Notes under the pieces: generated by a model | Told to the model about the DNA's origin: nothing | Databases searched by the model: none | Seen by the model: the letters and a program-made list of their open reading frames with translations, nothing else | Translations under genes and position numbers: made by a program | In this document: positions 26,801-36,438 of the stretch, one piece after another | Position numbering within the stretch: position 1 is the first letter of the stretch | Layout: every line of letters starts with the position of its first letter | NCBI GenBank assembly: GCA_964343075.1 | Contig: CAYFGT010000006.1 | Coordinates: forward strand, 2,016 to 66,015 | Direction: 5' to 3' | Origin: an uncultured Dehalococcoidia bacterium | Lineage (GTDB): Bacteria > Chloroflexota > Dehalococcoidia > Lucifugimonadales > UBA3495 | Length of the DNA stretch: 64,000 bases

Positions 26801-28132
26801 TTACACTAAATTTTCATTTCTACACTGACGTAACGAGGACTCGAACGCTTCTAGTGTAGTGTCAATATCTTTCTCAGTATGTACCGATGAGACCAAGAAT
26901 GCATTCCTTCCCATCACATCGATACCATGATTTTGTAAAGATCTTTTCAGTTGTATGGTTTTTTCTTCAGCTATAGTATTCTTGATCCGTGTATGATCTC
27001 CCGTGCATATCTCCCGATCACAGTCACAATCATGTAACACTACATGGACCATTGATCCTATACCGTAAGAATGACCACTTATTTCTAATGAGCTAAACAC
27101 GTTATTGAAACCATCTCGGAGCTTGTTACCCATATTATTGGCAAGCGTATTAACCTCCCCACGAGAGATTATTTCTAAGCATTTTGCTCCTGCTACTGCT
27201 GATAGCGGATTTGCATTAAATGTACCAGGATGAGCTACCCTTTCAGAAGCGTTTCTTACAAACTTACCTGTATGAGATATCATGTCGACTATTTCGGCCT
27301 TACCTCCTACAGCACCACCTGGAAGTGATCCAGCGATAATCTTGGCAAAAGTAGTAAGGTCTGGAGTAATGTCATATTTTTGTTGAGCACCTCCTGCAGA
27401 CGCTCTAAATCCTGTCACCACTTCATCCATTATGAAAACTACCCCATAACTGGAAGTCAAATTTCTAACACCTTCTAAATAATTTGGCACATCAAACATT
27501 AATTGCCCGTAATGTGCTCCTGTAGGTTCTAAAATAATTGCCGCAACATCATCATTAGCATTAAGAAATTCATCCAAAGCAATGAGGTCGCCAGCAGGCA
27601 AAACTTTTATCGATCCCCATACTGAACTCGGAACACCAGCGGAAGGGCCCTGCGAATCTGATATAGCATAATCATTCCAGCCATGAAAATGATCTTGCAA
27701 TTTAATCACTATATTCTTACCCGTATAAGCCCTAGCTAACCTCATAGCCATCATAGTAGCCTCAGTTCCGGAACTTTGAAATCTAATCCGCTCCACAGAA
27801 GGAACCAACCTTTTGATATAAGATCCCCATTCCAGTTCTTGATCAGTACAAGCCCCTAAATGAGTGCCAAGTGACATCTGTTTATTAACCGCTTCAACTA
27901 TTTCAGGATGCGAGTGTCCCAAAATCAGAGCCCCATGGCCACACACATAATCAATATATTCATTTCCATCGACATCCCATTTTTTCGAACCATTACCATG
28001 GGTCATATACAGAGGAAATGGAGTAGCATAGCGATTATCGTGAGTGACTCCACTCGGGAAAAGTGATTCTGCCTGTAGGTATTTGCTTCTGGAACCAGGG
28101 TGAGATTCTTCGTATATACTCAATATGCTCAT
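26801..28132 (-). CDS. class III (GSA-aminomutase-like) PLP aminotransferase
   Basis: 443 aa. GHGALILGHSHP, DEVVTGFR and a PLP-lysine region TFAKIIAG. Confidence 0.85.
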   Translation of the reverse strand: MSILSIYEESHPGSRSKYLQAESLFPSGVTHDNRYATPFPLYMTHGNGSKKWDVDGNEYIDYVCGHGALILGHSHPEIVEAVNKQMSLGTHLGACTDQELEWGSYIKRLVPSVERIRFQSSGTEATMMAMRLARAYTGKNIVIKLQDHFHGWNDYAISDSQGPSAGVPSSVWGSIKVLPAGDLIALDEFLNANDDVAAIILEPTGAHYGQLMFDVPNYLEGVRNLTSSYGVVFIMDEVVTGFRASAGGAQQKYDITPDLTTFAKIIAGSLPGGAVGGKAEIVDMISHTGKFVRNASERVAHPGTFNANPLSAVAGAKCLEIISRGEVNTLANNMGNKLRDGFNNVFSSLEISGHSYGIGSMVHVVLHDCDCDREICTGDHTRIKNTIAEEKTIQLKRSLQNHGIDVMGRNAFLVSSVHTEKDIDTTLEAFESSLRQCRNENLV

Positions 28133-28139
28133 ATTGCCC

Positions 28140-29450
28140 TCATTCTATTGACTGAATAGTTAAAGTCGGGGGTTTTCTTATAAAAACAAAACATGCACTG
28201 GCCAGATAAGCGCATATCCCCGATAATAATAATACCATCTGATAGTCTCCTAGGGTATCAAATGCCCATCCTGCGAATAAAGGCGATCCAATTAAAGCCC
28301 AACTATGAGAGAAAGTTATGATTCCTCGCAAACTAGCAAATTTCTCTCTTCCAAAAAAATCTCCTAAGGTAGCCCAAACAAGAATACCTGCTCCGTCTCC
28401 AAGACCTTCAAATACAATAAACATCCATATCAATACCAAACCATAAGCATGCGGTCCAGAATAAAATAAACAGATAAATGCGGTGCCTTCTAAAATCAAA
28501 GTGATCGTCAATATGTATTGCTTGGGAGCAAAATCACCCATATATCCTACAATCATTCTAGATACAAAATTTATTCCAAACATGAGTCCAGTCAAATTAG
28601 CAGCGGTCTGCCTACTGACTCCTTTACTTTCCAGAATCGGTACCACAGTTACCAGAATCCCCATGGTCGCAAGCATACGAAGTCCAGTACCTAGTAGTAG
28701 GAGCCAAAATGACCGGTTAGCAAGTGCTTCCCTGACTGAATAACCCCGTACCTCTGAAGCCTCGCCGCCAACTCCTGTAATTTGCCTAGGGAGTAAATCT
28801 CCATCTGGATACAATCCCATATCTTCAGGTTTATTTCGAAAGAAATAGGTCAATGGCAATATGATTAAAAAATAACACAAACTTGAAACGAATGTAGCTG
28901 CTCTCCAGCCCCTTAAATCAATAAGAAAATTTAATAACGGGACCATAGCCAATCCACCTAATGAAGATATGGCAGCAAGAGTGGAAAGAGCTAAAGATCT
29001 TTTCCGGTTGAACCAGTTGTTGACTCCTGCAAACAAGGCATGTTGAAACCCAGCACTATTCCCAAGAGATATCACTCCTAGATATACCAGTGCAAACGAC
29101 CAATAACTATTCACATATACAGTAAATAACAAATATCCGATCCCTGCTAAAACAACCATAGGGACCAAGATTTTCTTGTTTCCAAATTTATCTATGAACC
29201 ATCCTACAAATGGGCCCTCTAAGCCACCTTCAGACCTGGCAATGGCAAATATTAAATTAGTCTGCATTTGAGAAATTCCCAATGAATCTCTCATTGCAGG
29301 AACAAGAACAGTAAATCCTCTAAAAAAAATACCTGACGCGAAAAATACCATAGCTGAACATGAAGCTATCACCCACCATCCGTAGAATATGGGTTTCTTG
29401 GTTTTGGGATTCAGATTGTAATTCACAATTGCAACTAGACTAAATGACAA
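28140..29450 (-). CDS. MFS transporter (oxalate/formate antiporter-like), paralogue of 38235..39506
   Basis: 436 aa with 12 predicted TM segments. FYGWWV N-terminus and central loop KPEDMGLYPDGDL. Confidence 0.8.
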   Translation of the reverse strand: MSFSLVAIVNYNLNPKTKKPIFYGWWVIASCSAMVFFASGIFFRGFTVLVPAMRDSLGISQMQTNLIFAIARSEGGLEGPFVGWFIDKFGNKKILVPMVVLAGIGYLLFTVYVNSYWSFALVYLGVISLGNSAGFQHALFAGVNNWFNRKRSLALSTLAAISSLGGLAMVPLLNFLIDLRGWRAATFVSSLCYFLIILPLTYFFRNKPEDMGLYPDGDLLPRQITGVGGEASEVRGYSVREALANRSFWLLLLGTGLRMLATMGILVTVVPILESKGVSRQTAANLTGLMFGINFVSRMIVGYMGDFAPKQYILTITLILEGTAFICLFYSGPHAYGLVLIWMFIVFEGLGDGAGILVWATLGDFFGREKFASLRGIITFSHSWALIGSPLFAGWAFDTLGDYQMVLLLSGICAYLASACFVFIRKPPTLTIQSIE

Positions 29451-29520
29451 TTTCTACTTTCGTCAAAGAATTATATACTACGTATCACGAAATACATCTC
29501 AGCGTTAGGACAATTAATTA

Positions 29521-30588
29521 GTGGATAACATTGATTCTTACATTTTACATGCTGATTTAGATGCTTTTTATGCATCTGTAGAGCAAATGTTAAATCCTGA
29601 TTTACAGAACAAACCAGTGGTAGTGGGAGGACGTCCAGAAAACAGAGGTGTTGTAGCAACTGCTTCATATGAAGCCAGAGCTTTTGGCATTCACTCAGCT
29701 ATGCCCATGAGGAGAGCTATACAACTATGTCCTGACGTTATAATTATCCCTACTAATTTTGATCTATATAAGTCTTATTCAAAAAGAGTAATGGCAATCT
29801 TAAAGGAATATTCTCAAATTGTAGAAAATGTTTCTTTAGATGAGGCTTATATTGACATATCTAATAAAGTACATAAGCCGAGTGATGCACTAAGTATCGG
29901 ATTAGACATTAAAAACCAAGTAAGAATCAGGACCGGATTAGTAATATCAATAGGAATTAGTTCAAATAAAACTACGAGTAAAATAGCTTCTGATCTAAAT
30001 AAACCTGACGGCTTAGTTTTTATACCTGCAAATAAAGAACTGGAATTAACAGCACATTTAGGGGTCAATAAAATACCCGGGATAGGACCCAAATCCACTA
30101 AGAAACTAAATCAATTAGGAATTACTACAATTGGTGAATTATCCATTCAATCTTCTGAATTTTTCAGTCGTATATTTGGAACCCAAGGCGAGAAAATACA
30201 TGCGAAATCCTTAGGGGAATACCGGGAAAGTCTTCAATCTGTACGTAAAGCTAAAGCAATAAGCACAGAAACAACCTTCAGGGAAGATTTAGTAGATAAA
30301 CGTATTATCATTCAAGAACTTCAAAAACTAGTAACTAGGCTTTCTCAGAATGCCATAAACAAATCCATTGAAGGAAAAACAGTGCGCATCAAAGTGAGAT
30401 TTAACGATTTTAGTACCCACACTAGTCAACTGACACTCCTTTCTCCCACCAACGAAAATGCGGTTATACAGAATGCTTCAGAAAATTTACTTGAACGAAT
30501 TTTGGATCCAATACAACCTATTCGACTACTAGGAGTTGCATTATCAAACTTTGACGAGAAGCCCAACATTCAACTGAGTCTGCTATAA
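29521..30588 (+). CDS. dinB: DNA polymerase IV (Y-family)
   Basis: 355 aa with a GTG start. ILHADLDAFYASVEQ and SLDEAYIDIS catalytic motifs. Confidence 0.9.
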   Translation: MDNIDSYILHADLDAFYASVEQMLNPDLQNKPVVVGGRPENRGVVATASYEARAFGIHSAMPMRRAIQLCPDVIIIPTNFDLYKSYSKRVMAILKEYSQIVENVSLDEAYIDISNKVHKPSDALSIGLDIKNQVRIRTGLVISIGISSNKTTSKIASDLNKPDGLVFIPANKELELTAHLGVNKIPGIGPKSTKKLNQLGITTIGELSIQSSEFFSRIFGTQGEKIHAKSLGEYRESLQSVRKAKAISTETTFREDLVDKRIIIQELQKLVTRLSQNAINKSIEGKTVRIKVRFNDFSTHTSQLTLLSPTNENAVIQNASENLLERILDPIQPIRLLGVALSNFDEKPNIQLSLL

Positions 30589-31350
30589 CTACCTGAATAG
30601 GTCTTTGTCTGAATCTCTTATAAGCATACTTAGTGAGGCATTTTCCATTTCTTCTATAGCATATCCACGTATTATCGATACAGGGATACCGTCCAATTTA
30701 CCAGTTACTAATTCCGCAGCTGCCGACAGTTCATCAGCTACATTTATTTCACTTGTATGCAACTTGTTGCCATAGTCATCGAATTTTCCCACATAACTGG
30801 CTATCGGGTTGAATCCTGCAACTCCAATTGCTACATTGGTAGCAGCCGTACGCCAAGGTCTTCCAAAAGTATCAGAAATAATAACCCCAACATCGACGCT
30901 TAGATCCTTTTTTATGGTTGCCCTAATATTTCTAGCACTACAGTCCGGGTCTTCTGGCAACAGTGCCACAGACTCTGCCCCTGGTATATTGGAAGCATCA
31001 ATCCCTGCATTAGCACATTTAAACCCATGATGTGTTTCACTGATTATGACCCCACGTTCCATTCGTACTATTCGTTTGGATTCTCTTAAAATAAGTTCCG
31101 TATGGCGAGGGTCTCTTCGATGTCCTTTTGACAACGTATATGCTAATTCTGAAGGGATGACCCCATTTAAATCCACTATACGTCCTTCAGCTTTAGACAC
31201 CACCTTCTGCGCGACTACAATTACATCTGAAGCTTTTATCTCCAGCCCTTGTTGGCGTAATTGCCGTGTAATCATATTACCTAGATTATCTCCAGGTTCT
31301 ATTTCTGGCATGCCTTCCAGCCCGTATATCTGTATGTTTGATTCAATCAT
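30589..31350 (-). CDS. cofE: coenzyme F420-0:L-glutamate ligase
   Basis: 253 aa. PEIEPGDNL...VIVVAQKVVSKAEGR pattern and a C-terminal CofE-like block. Confidence 0.8.
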   Translation of the reverse strand: MIESNIQIYGLEGMPEIEPGDNLGNMITRQLRQQGLEIKASDVIVVAQKVVSKAEGRIVDLNGVIPSELAYTLSKGHRRDPRHTELILRESKRIVRMERGVIISETHHGFKCANAGIDASNIPGAESVALLPEDPDCSARNIRATIKKDLSVDVGVIISDTFGRPWRTAATNVAIGVAGFNPIASYVGKFDDYGNKLHTSEINVADELSAAAELVTGKLDGIPVSIIRGYAIEEMENASLSMLIRDSDKDLFR

Positions 31351-31450
31351 AGATCAGCCACCAAGTCGCTATTCAAAGAAGTATACCTTAAGAATTTAAT
31401 ATGCTAAACTTTTGCTTACCGATACAAAGTTGTCAGAGAGTGAAATACTC

Positions 31451-32026
31451 ATGGACTCAGATTTTAGAAAGAAAGTCTACTCAAAATTTGGTGATAGTGG
31501 AGAAACTAGCCTACTATATGGAGGGCGAGTTTCAAAGAACAATGAGCACACTGAAGCCTACGGGATAACTGATGAAGCAGTTTCAGCTATGGGTCTTGCA
31601 AGATCCCTTTCTGAGGAAGAAGACGTTAAAACTTTACTTAGAGATCTTCAACGTGAATTATTCATAGTAGCAGCCGAACTAGCTACAGACCCAGATAAAT
31701 ACGATCTGTTTCACAAACATTTCACTCCAGTTACAGAACAAATGGTTCTCCATTTAGAAGAGACAATCGATTCGTTGGAACAAAAATGTGAAATGCCTAA
31801 AGTGTTTATACTCCCTGGAGGTAGTCCAGCATCAGCGGCGATAGACCTAGCAAGATCCATTATCCGTACCTCAGAGAGACGCGTTGTTAAACTAGCAGAA
31901 ATCGATAAACTAACTAATCCACTCATAGTAACTTATCTGAATAGACTAGGAGATCTACTCTTTGTCTTAGCTAGATATCAAGACAAAGACATCCCCCTAG
32001 AATATGCTACCGGTGACCGCGCATAG
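31451..32026 (+). CDS. PduO-type ATP:cob(I)alamin adenosyltransferase
   Basis: KVYSKFGDSGETSLLYGGRVSKN...EAYGITDE N-terminal signature. I prefer the ATG at 31451 over the listed TTG at 31412, but the start is uncertain. Confidence 0.8.
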   Translation: MDSDFRKKVYSKFGDSGETSLLYGGRVSKNNEHTEAYGITDEAVSAMGLARSLSEEEDVKTLLRDLQRELFIVAAELATDPDKYDLFHKHFTPVTEQMVLHLEETIDSLEQKCEMPKVFILPGGSPASAAIDLARSIIRTSERRVVKLAEIDKLTNPLIVTYLNRLGDLLFVLARYQDKDIPLEYATGDRA

Positions 32027-32031
32027 TCATA

Positions 32032-32646
32032 ATGAAATCTCCTAGAGTAACCATTATCGATTATGAATCAGGCAACATCCGTAGTGTTGCGCAAGCACTT
32101 CATAAGATAGGTGCCGAAGCTGAAGTAACATCTGATCCAAAACTTATCCAACAAAGCCAGGCAGTAATTTTACCTGGGGTGGGATCTGCGACTCAAGCAA
32201 TGAGAGAACTACACAAACGAAACCTCATTGCTCCGATTAAAAGATTCATATCTACCGGAAAACCTTTCTTAGGTATCTGTTTAGGTTTGCAGATATTACT
32301 AGAAAATTCTCAAGAAGGCGATACAGAATGTATGGGAATCATTCCAGGTACAGTCAAGTATTTCAATACAGAACAAAAAGTCCCTCACATGGGCTGGAAC
32401 ACTGTACAAATACTAACAGAACATCCGTTATTTGATTCGATCGATGATCACGAGTATTTCTACTTTGTTCATAGTTATTTTGCAGCTCCAGACTCCCCGA
32501 ACAACATCTTAGGTGTAACCCAATATGGGGATGTACGTTTTTGCAGTGTAGCTACTAAAGATAATGTAATAGCTACCCAATTCCACCCAGAGAAAAGTGG
32601 TCATGCAGGGCTTACTATATATAAGAACTTTGTAAATCTAGACTGA
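32032..32646 (+). CDS. hisH: imidazole glycerol phosphate synthase glutaminase subunit
   Basis: 204 aa. LPGVGS, GICLGLQ (Cys nucleophile) and FHPEKS. Confidence 0.9.
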   Translation: MKSPRVTIIDYESGNIRSVAQALHKIGAEAEVTSDPKLIQQSQAVILPGVGSATQAMRELHKRNLIAPIKRFISTGKPFLGICLGLQILLENSQEGDTECMGIIPGTVKYFNTEQKVPHMGWNTVQILTEHPLFDSIDDHEYFYFVHSYFAAPDSPNNILGVTQYGDVRFCSVATKDNVIATQFHPEKSGHAGLTIYKNFVNLD

Positions 32647-32717
32647 TCTGGACCGTCGACATATCCATACGACAACAATTATAATCTTGCCCGTGACAAT
32701 AAAAAAAGGGGCGCTAA

Positions 32718-33545
32718 ATGGAAATTATTGACGCGCAGATTCATGTATGGGGTTCTGGCCTACCAAGCAACGATGCACATATTCAAGTCACCTCATTTAC
32801 ACCTGCTCAAGCCATAACCTTGATGGATGAAGCCGGGGTCGATGCCTCTATTATTCATCCCCCAAGTTGGGATCCTAATTCCGTAAATATGGCATTAGAA
32901 GCTACAACCGATTACCCAGAAAGATTCGCAATTATGGGTTCTATAGACCTTAGCAACCCCAAGTCCGTATCATTAATCCCCTCTTGGCGTCAACAAAACG
33001 GCATGCTCGGAATGCGATTTGGTTTTCTAGGCGGGGAAAATCAAAAGCTATTACACAACAAAGACTTGGATTGGTTTTGGGCCGCAGCATCAGAACACCA
33101 AATTCCCATATCTGCACTAGCAACAGACTCTCTTTTAGAACTAGGCAAAGTTAGCCAAAAATACCCAGATCTTAAACTGACCATTGATCACCTTGGAGGG
33201 CGAGGAGGTAATACTCATCTGAAAGACGATGCGTCCATGACCCACATTGAAAATCTTTTAACCATCGGTAAATATCCTAATATTGCGGTAAAGGCCACCG
33301 GTGCTCCAGGATATTCTAGTGGTCCGTACCCTTTCGTCAGCATGCATAAATATCTAAAACAAATTTATGATGTTTTTGGACCGGAACGAATGTTTTGGGG
33401 AACAGATATAACAAAAATGAAATGTTCCTGGAGAGAATGTATCACTATGTTCACAGAAGAACTTCCCTGGTTGGATAGATCTGATAAAACGTTAATTATG
33501 GGGCAAGCAATACGTAATTGGTGGGGCTGGAGTCAAATAACCTAA
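32718..33545 (+). CDS. amidohydrolase-2 family (TIM-barrel metallohydrolase) protein
   Basis: 275 aa. IDAQIHVW N-terminal motif, DHLGG and WGTD blocks typical of the PF04909-type family. Its stop directly abuts the hisA ATG. Confidence 0.75.
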   Translation: MEIIDAQIHVWGSGLPSNDAHIQVTSFTPAQAITLMDEAGVDASIIHPPSWDPNSVNMALEATTDYPERFAIMGSIDLSNPKSVSLIPSWRQQNGMLGMRFGFLGGENQKLLHNKDLDWFWAAASEHQIPISALATDSLLELGKVSQKYPDLKLTIDHLGGRGGNTHLKDDASMTHIENLLTIGKYPNIAVKATGAPGYSSGPYPFVSMHKYLKQIYDVFGPERMFWGTDITKMKCSWRECITMFTEELPWLDRSDKTLIMGQAIRNWWGWSQIT

Positions 33546-34262
33546 ATGCAGATCTTACCAGCAATAGATATATTAAATGGAAATTGTGTTCGCCTGATTC
33601 AAGGAGACTTTAATCAAGAAACTGTATTTAGTACAAATCCTCCTGAAATGGCTAAAACTTGGGAATCTGAAGGTGCTGAAGTTATCCACATAGTTGATTT
33701 GAACGGAGCTAAAACCGGAATGTTGGACAATAAATCAATAATCGAGGACATCGTCAAACACATTAAAATCCCCATACAAGTAGGAGGAGGAATTCGTAGT
33801 CTTGAAATCGCTAAGACCTTGATAGACTGCGGTGTTAGTCGAATAGTACTGGGCACTATAGCAATCAATAACCGTGAGTTATTACAAACCCTAATTTCTG
33901 AACTCGGATCCGACAAAATAATAATAGCGCTGGACGGAAAAGATGGAAACATTGCTATCAACGGATGGCAAGATCAAACAAATCAGCAGGTAACGGACGT
34001 AGCTTGTGATATGAAAGAATATGGAATCCAACGAATAATGTACACCGACATAAGTAAAGATGGAGTACTAAATGGTCCAAATTTAAACACTACACAAGAC
34101 CTAACTCGAATACCTAACTTGAATGTTATAGCTTCAGGAGGAATTTCATCCCTGCAAGACATACAAAGGGTAAAAAACATAGGATGCGAAGGAGCGATAT
34201 TAGGAAAATCTCTTTATGAACGGATATTTACATTGAAAGAAGCTATAGACGCTGCGAATTAA
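33546..34262 (+). CDS. hisA: ProFAR isomerase
   Basis: 238 aa. ILPAIDILNGNCVRL, VGGGIRS and ASGGISS motifs. Confidence 0.9.
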   Translation: MQILPAIDILNGNCVRLIQGDFNQETVFSTNPPEMAKTWESEGAEVIHIVDLNGAKTGMLDNKSIIEDIVKHIKIPIQVGGGIRSLEIAKTLIDCGVSRIVLGTIAINNRELLQTLISELGSDKIIIALDGKDGNIAINGWQDQTNQQVTDVACDMKEYGIQRIMYTDISKDGVLNGPNLNTTQDLTRIPNLNVIASGGISSLQDIQRVKNIGCEGAILGKSLYERIFTLKEAIDAAN

Positions 34263-34867
34263 GACTCATCATCTATCTTAAGGATTACTTCAGATGAAAA
34301 TCCGTTATCAGACCTGAATTCCATCCATTCCATTTCCTTTTCAGGCCAATCTTCTTTTAAAACTTCCATCAGTAAAAAATCCATCGATAATTTTCTTACA
34401 ATTTTAACTGGTTTAAACCCGCTCCTTGCAAAACTTTTTTGAGCTCGTTTATTCCAGTCAAGAGTATGCAAATAAACTTTATTTAAGTTTCTTTCTCTAA
34501 ACATAAAACAAAGCATAGCTGACACTGAATCATAACCGTAAGAATTTCCCCAATAATTCTTATCCCCAATTACTATGCCTAATTCAGCCTGCTTATGGAT
34601 ACTGTCTAAGTCATAATACATACAATTACCTATAAATGTTCCATCTAAATCTTCTATCGCTAGCTGAAGAGATCCAGGAGTAGGGTATTTAAGTTGATCC
34701 TGGTACATTTTCACAAAACGATCATAATTCATAGTCAATGGGTATGTTGCATCCAGTCTTGCTAATTCAGGATCTGAACGCCATGAGTAATCTTTCTCTG
34801 AATCACTAAGCTTCTTTCTTCGGAGTACAACTTTACCTCCTTGAAGCGTATTCATGTAACTAACCAT
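34259..34867 (-). CDS. GNAT-family N-acetyltransferase (RimJ/RimL-like)
   Basis: 202 aa. LRR....D...Y..W..D N-terminal pattern and the acetyl-CoA region NKRAQKSFARSGF. Confidence 0.75.
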   Translation of the reverse strand: MVSYMNTLQGGKVVLRRKKLSDSEKDYSWRSDPELARLDATYPLTMNYDRFVKMYQDQLKYPTPGSLQLAIEDLDGTFIGNCMYYDLDSIHKQAELGIVIGDKNYWGNSYGYDSVSAMLCFMFRERNLNKVYLHTLDWNKRAQKSFARSGFKPVKIVRKLSMDFLLMEVLKEDWPEKEMEWMEFRSDNGFSSEVILKIDDES

Positions 34868-35381
34868 CAGTACGGTCCTTTTGTGTGTCTTTCTCTGCCA
34901 ATTGGGTCATCGCATGAGCAATTACATCTTTTTCGTTATCGTATCCAATCAGCATTAAGGCATCTTCCGGTGACATCCATTTGACTTCATCAAACTCGCT
35001 ATCATGAAAAGTAGAGTCTCCAGAAAGGGCAATCATCAAATAAAAATGTACAGTTTTTTTGTATAAAGTATTTTTTTGGGGGTTTTGAAAAGTATACTGT
35101 ATCTCTTGGAGGTATTGTTTTGTAATAACCTCGTATCCTGTTTCCTCTTTGACTTCTCTCAAAGCTGTTTCTTCCAAGGTTTCACCTGTTTCAGGAGTCC
35201 CCTTAGGCAAATGCCACTGCATATTGGAACCACTTAGGCTCTTTCTTGTGTCTGTTTTTCTTCCACATAACACTATTTCTAGTCTGGGAGATATTCTATA
35301 AACCACTCCTCCTGCAGATACTGGATATTCAATTGTATTTGATTGATTCACCGATGTCCCTCGTTCAGACCCAATACCCAA
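34860..35381 (-). CDS. NUDIX hydrolase
   Basis: 173 aa. Nudix box GTPETGETLEETALREVKEETG. 8-nt overlap with the GNAT gene. Confidence 0.8.
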   Translation of the reverse strand: MGIGSERGTSVNQSNTIEYPVSAGGVVYRISPRLEIVLCGRKTDTRKSLSGSNMQWHLPKGTPETGETLEETALREVKEETGYEVITKQYLQEIQYTFQNPQKNTLYKKTVHFYLMIALSGDSTFHDSEFDEVKWMSPEDALMLIGYDNEKDVIAHAMTQLAEKDTQKDRTDG

Positions 35382-35430
35382 TTATCACATGAATCCAGCA
35401 TTGTGTTAATAGACTTGAGGCACAGAAAAT

Positions 35431-35784
35431 TCAAGACAAGATTTTAGACCCAACGATCGACACTAATCTCCTGATATTAATAATTTCAACATGTTTGAAT
35501 CCAAGAATATTTAGTACCTTGTTGGGTGTGGCATCTTTACCGAGCCTAACAACAGCAGATGATCCTTCAAACAAAGTGAGTCGAAATTGAGAATCGTAGA
35601 GACTCTGGGCAAATGTTTTCACCCAATACATAGACGAAGACAAATTTAATAAATGAGCCAAATCTTGTAGATTGTAACATCTCATATCAATCCGCTTACC
35701 TTCAATATCAATTGAGATTTGAGCATTATCAATCTGAATTTGTAGATGCCCATTAACCAATAATGAAGTTACGTCAGGAATCAT
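35431..35784 (-). CDS. hypothetical protein (117 aa)
   Basis: ORF with an ATG 6 nt after the stop of the upstream small ORF. I recognise no family. The coding call rests on length and operon context only. Confidence 0.4.
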   Translation of the reverse strand: MIPDVTSLLVNGHLQIQIDNAQISIDIEGKRIDMRCYNLQDLAHLLNLSSSMYWVKTFAQSLYDSQFRLTLFEGSSAVVRLGKDATPNKVLNILGFKHVEIINIRRLVSIVGSKILS

Positions 35785-35790
35785 GAAGTA

Positions 35791-36024
35791 TCACGATTCC
35801 CAAGTACGGAGTTTCACACTTCCATTAAGTTTCCACAACGCCCTATCAGGATTGTCTCCTGTGTTCTTAGGAATTGCTATTTCCAGCTCATCAAACCCAT
35901 ACTCAATAGTGGTTTTTCTGCGATTTAAGAAATCATACAATGATTCAAATAACTGAGTCCAAGGAAGTAAATCTTCTAAATTTTTATTCGCGGGTTCAAG
36001 TTGATTATGTTCTACAGTCTTCAC
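35791..36024 (-). CDS. hypothetical small protein (77 aa), faintly amphi-Trp-domain-like C-terminus
   Basis: GTG start with GGAG 6 nt upstream and its own TTGACA-N16-TAGAAT promoter. Ends in alternating hydrophobic residues ...ALWKLNGSVKLRTWES. The family assignment is only a vague resemblance. Confidence 0.4.
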   Translation of the reverse strand: MKTVEHNQLEPANKNLEDLLPWTQLFESLYDFLNRRKTTIEYGFDELEIAIPKNTGDNPDRALWKLNGSVKLRTWES

Positions 36025-36059
36025 GGTAACTCCATTTAGTTAGTAATTTATATGTATAT

Positions 36060-36087
36060 ATTCTACATCATTACACCTAAATGTCAA
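36060..36087 (-). promoter_or_regulatory. sigma70-like promoter TTGACA-N16-TAGAAT for the small-protein pair
   Basis: Read on the minus strand, with -35 at 36087..36082 and -10 at 36065..36060. Lies in the 65-nt gap after DUF952. Confidence 0.45.
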
Positions 36088-36089
36088 TA

Positions 36090-36437
36090 TTATTCTACAT
36101 TATTGCCATTCCGCGATCGCACCAGCGATTGTAAATCAGCCCTCAAATCGTACACTTTTGACACTACCCGTGTGTCAAAAGGTCGGTATAAATGAGGAAA
36201 GAGTTGTCCCCCTCGAGCTTCTTCCCAAACTATATCTTCCATATCAGATGCGTCAATTTCCAAAATAACTCCCATTCTTTTCGGAAAATGTTTCTCAACA
36301 GTGGACTCTAGTAAATTCAGCGGTGAAAAATGTATGAATCCATCCAGCAAATCTATTTCGGAACCTTGAAATACCCCAAGTTTTTGGGAAGTTTCCCATT
36401 CTTCACTCGAACATATTTTGTAGATATATTGTGTCAA
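36090..36437 (-). CDS. DUF952 family protein
   Basis: 115 aa with a TTG start. IYKI....W......G.F.GS..D..DGFIHFS ... FPHLY pattern typical of DUF952. Confidence 0.7.
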   Translation of the reverse strand: MTQYIYKICSSEEWETSQKLGVFQGSEIDLLDGFIHFSPLNLLESTVEKHFPKRMGVILEIDASDMEDIVWEEARGGQLFPHLYRPFDTRVVSKVYDLRADLQSLVRSRNGNNVE

Positions 36438-36438
36438 T

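Noticed and set aside
29451-29520. An SOS (LexA) box might lie upstream of dinB.
   Set aside because: I saw no GAAC-N4-GTTC or CTGT-N8-ACAG type palindrome in the 70-nt upstream region.
35785-35793. The 77-aa and 117-aa small ORFs are in the same frame, separated only by TGA-TAC-TTC. In a Sec-decoding organism this could be a second selenoprotein or a readthrough fusion (...RTWES-U-YF-MIPDV...).
   Set aside because: There is no Cys or redox motif near the UGA. The first ORF ends in what looks like a natural C-terminus. The second has its own ATG 6 nt later, a typical coupling distance. The only downstream structure is a weak 5-bp AU-rich hairpin (35751..35765). An in-frame arrangement is expected by chance one time in three. 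It is worth a quick SECIS or homology check but is probably two genes.
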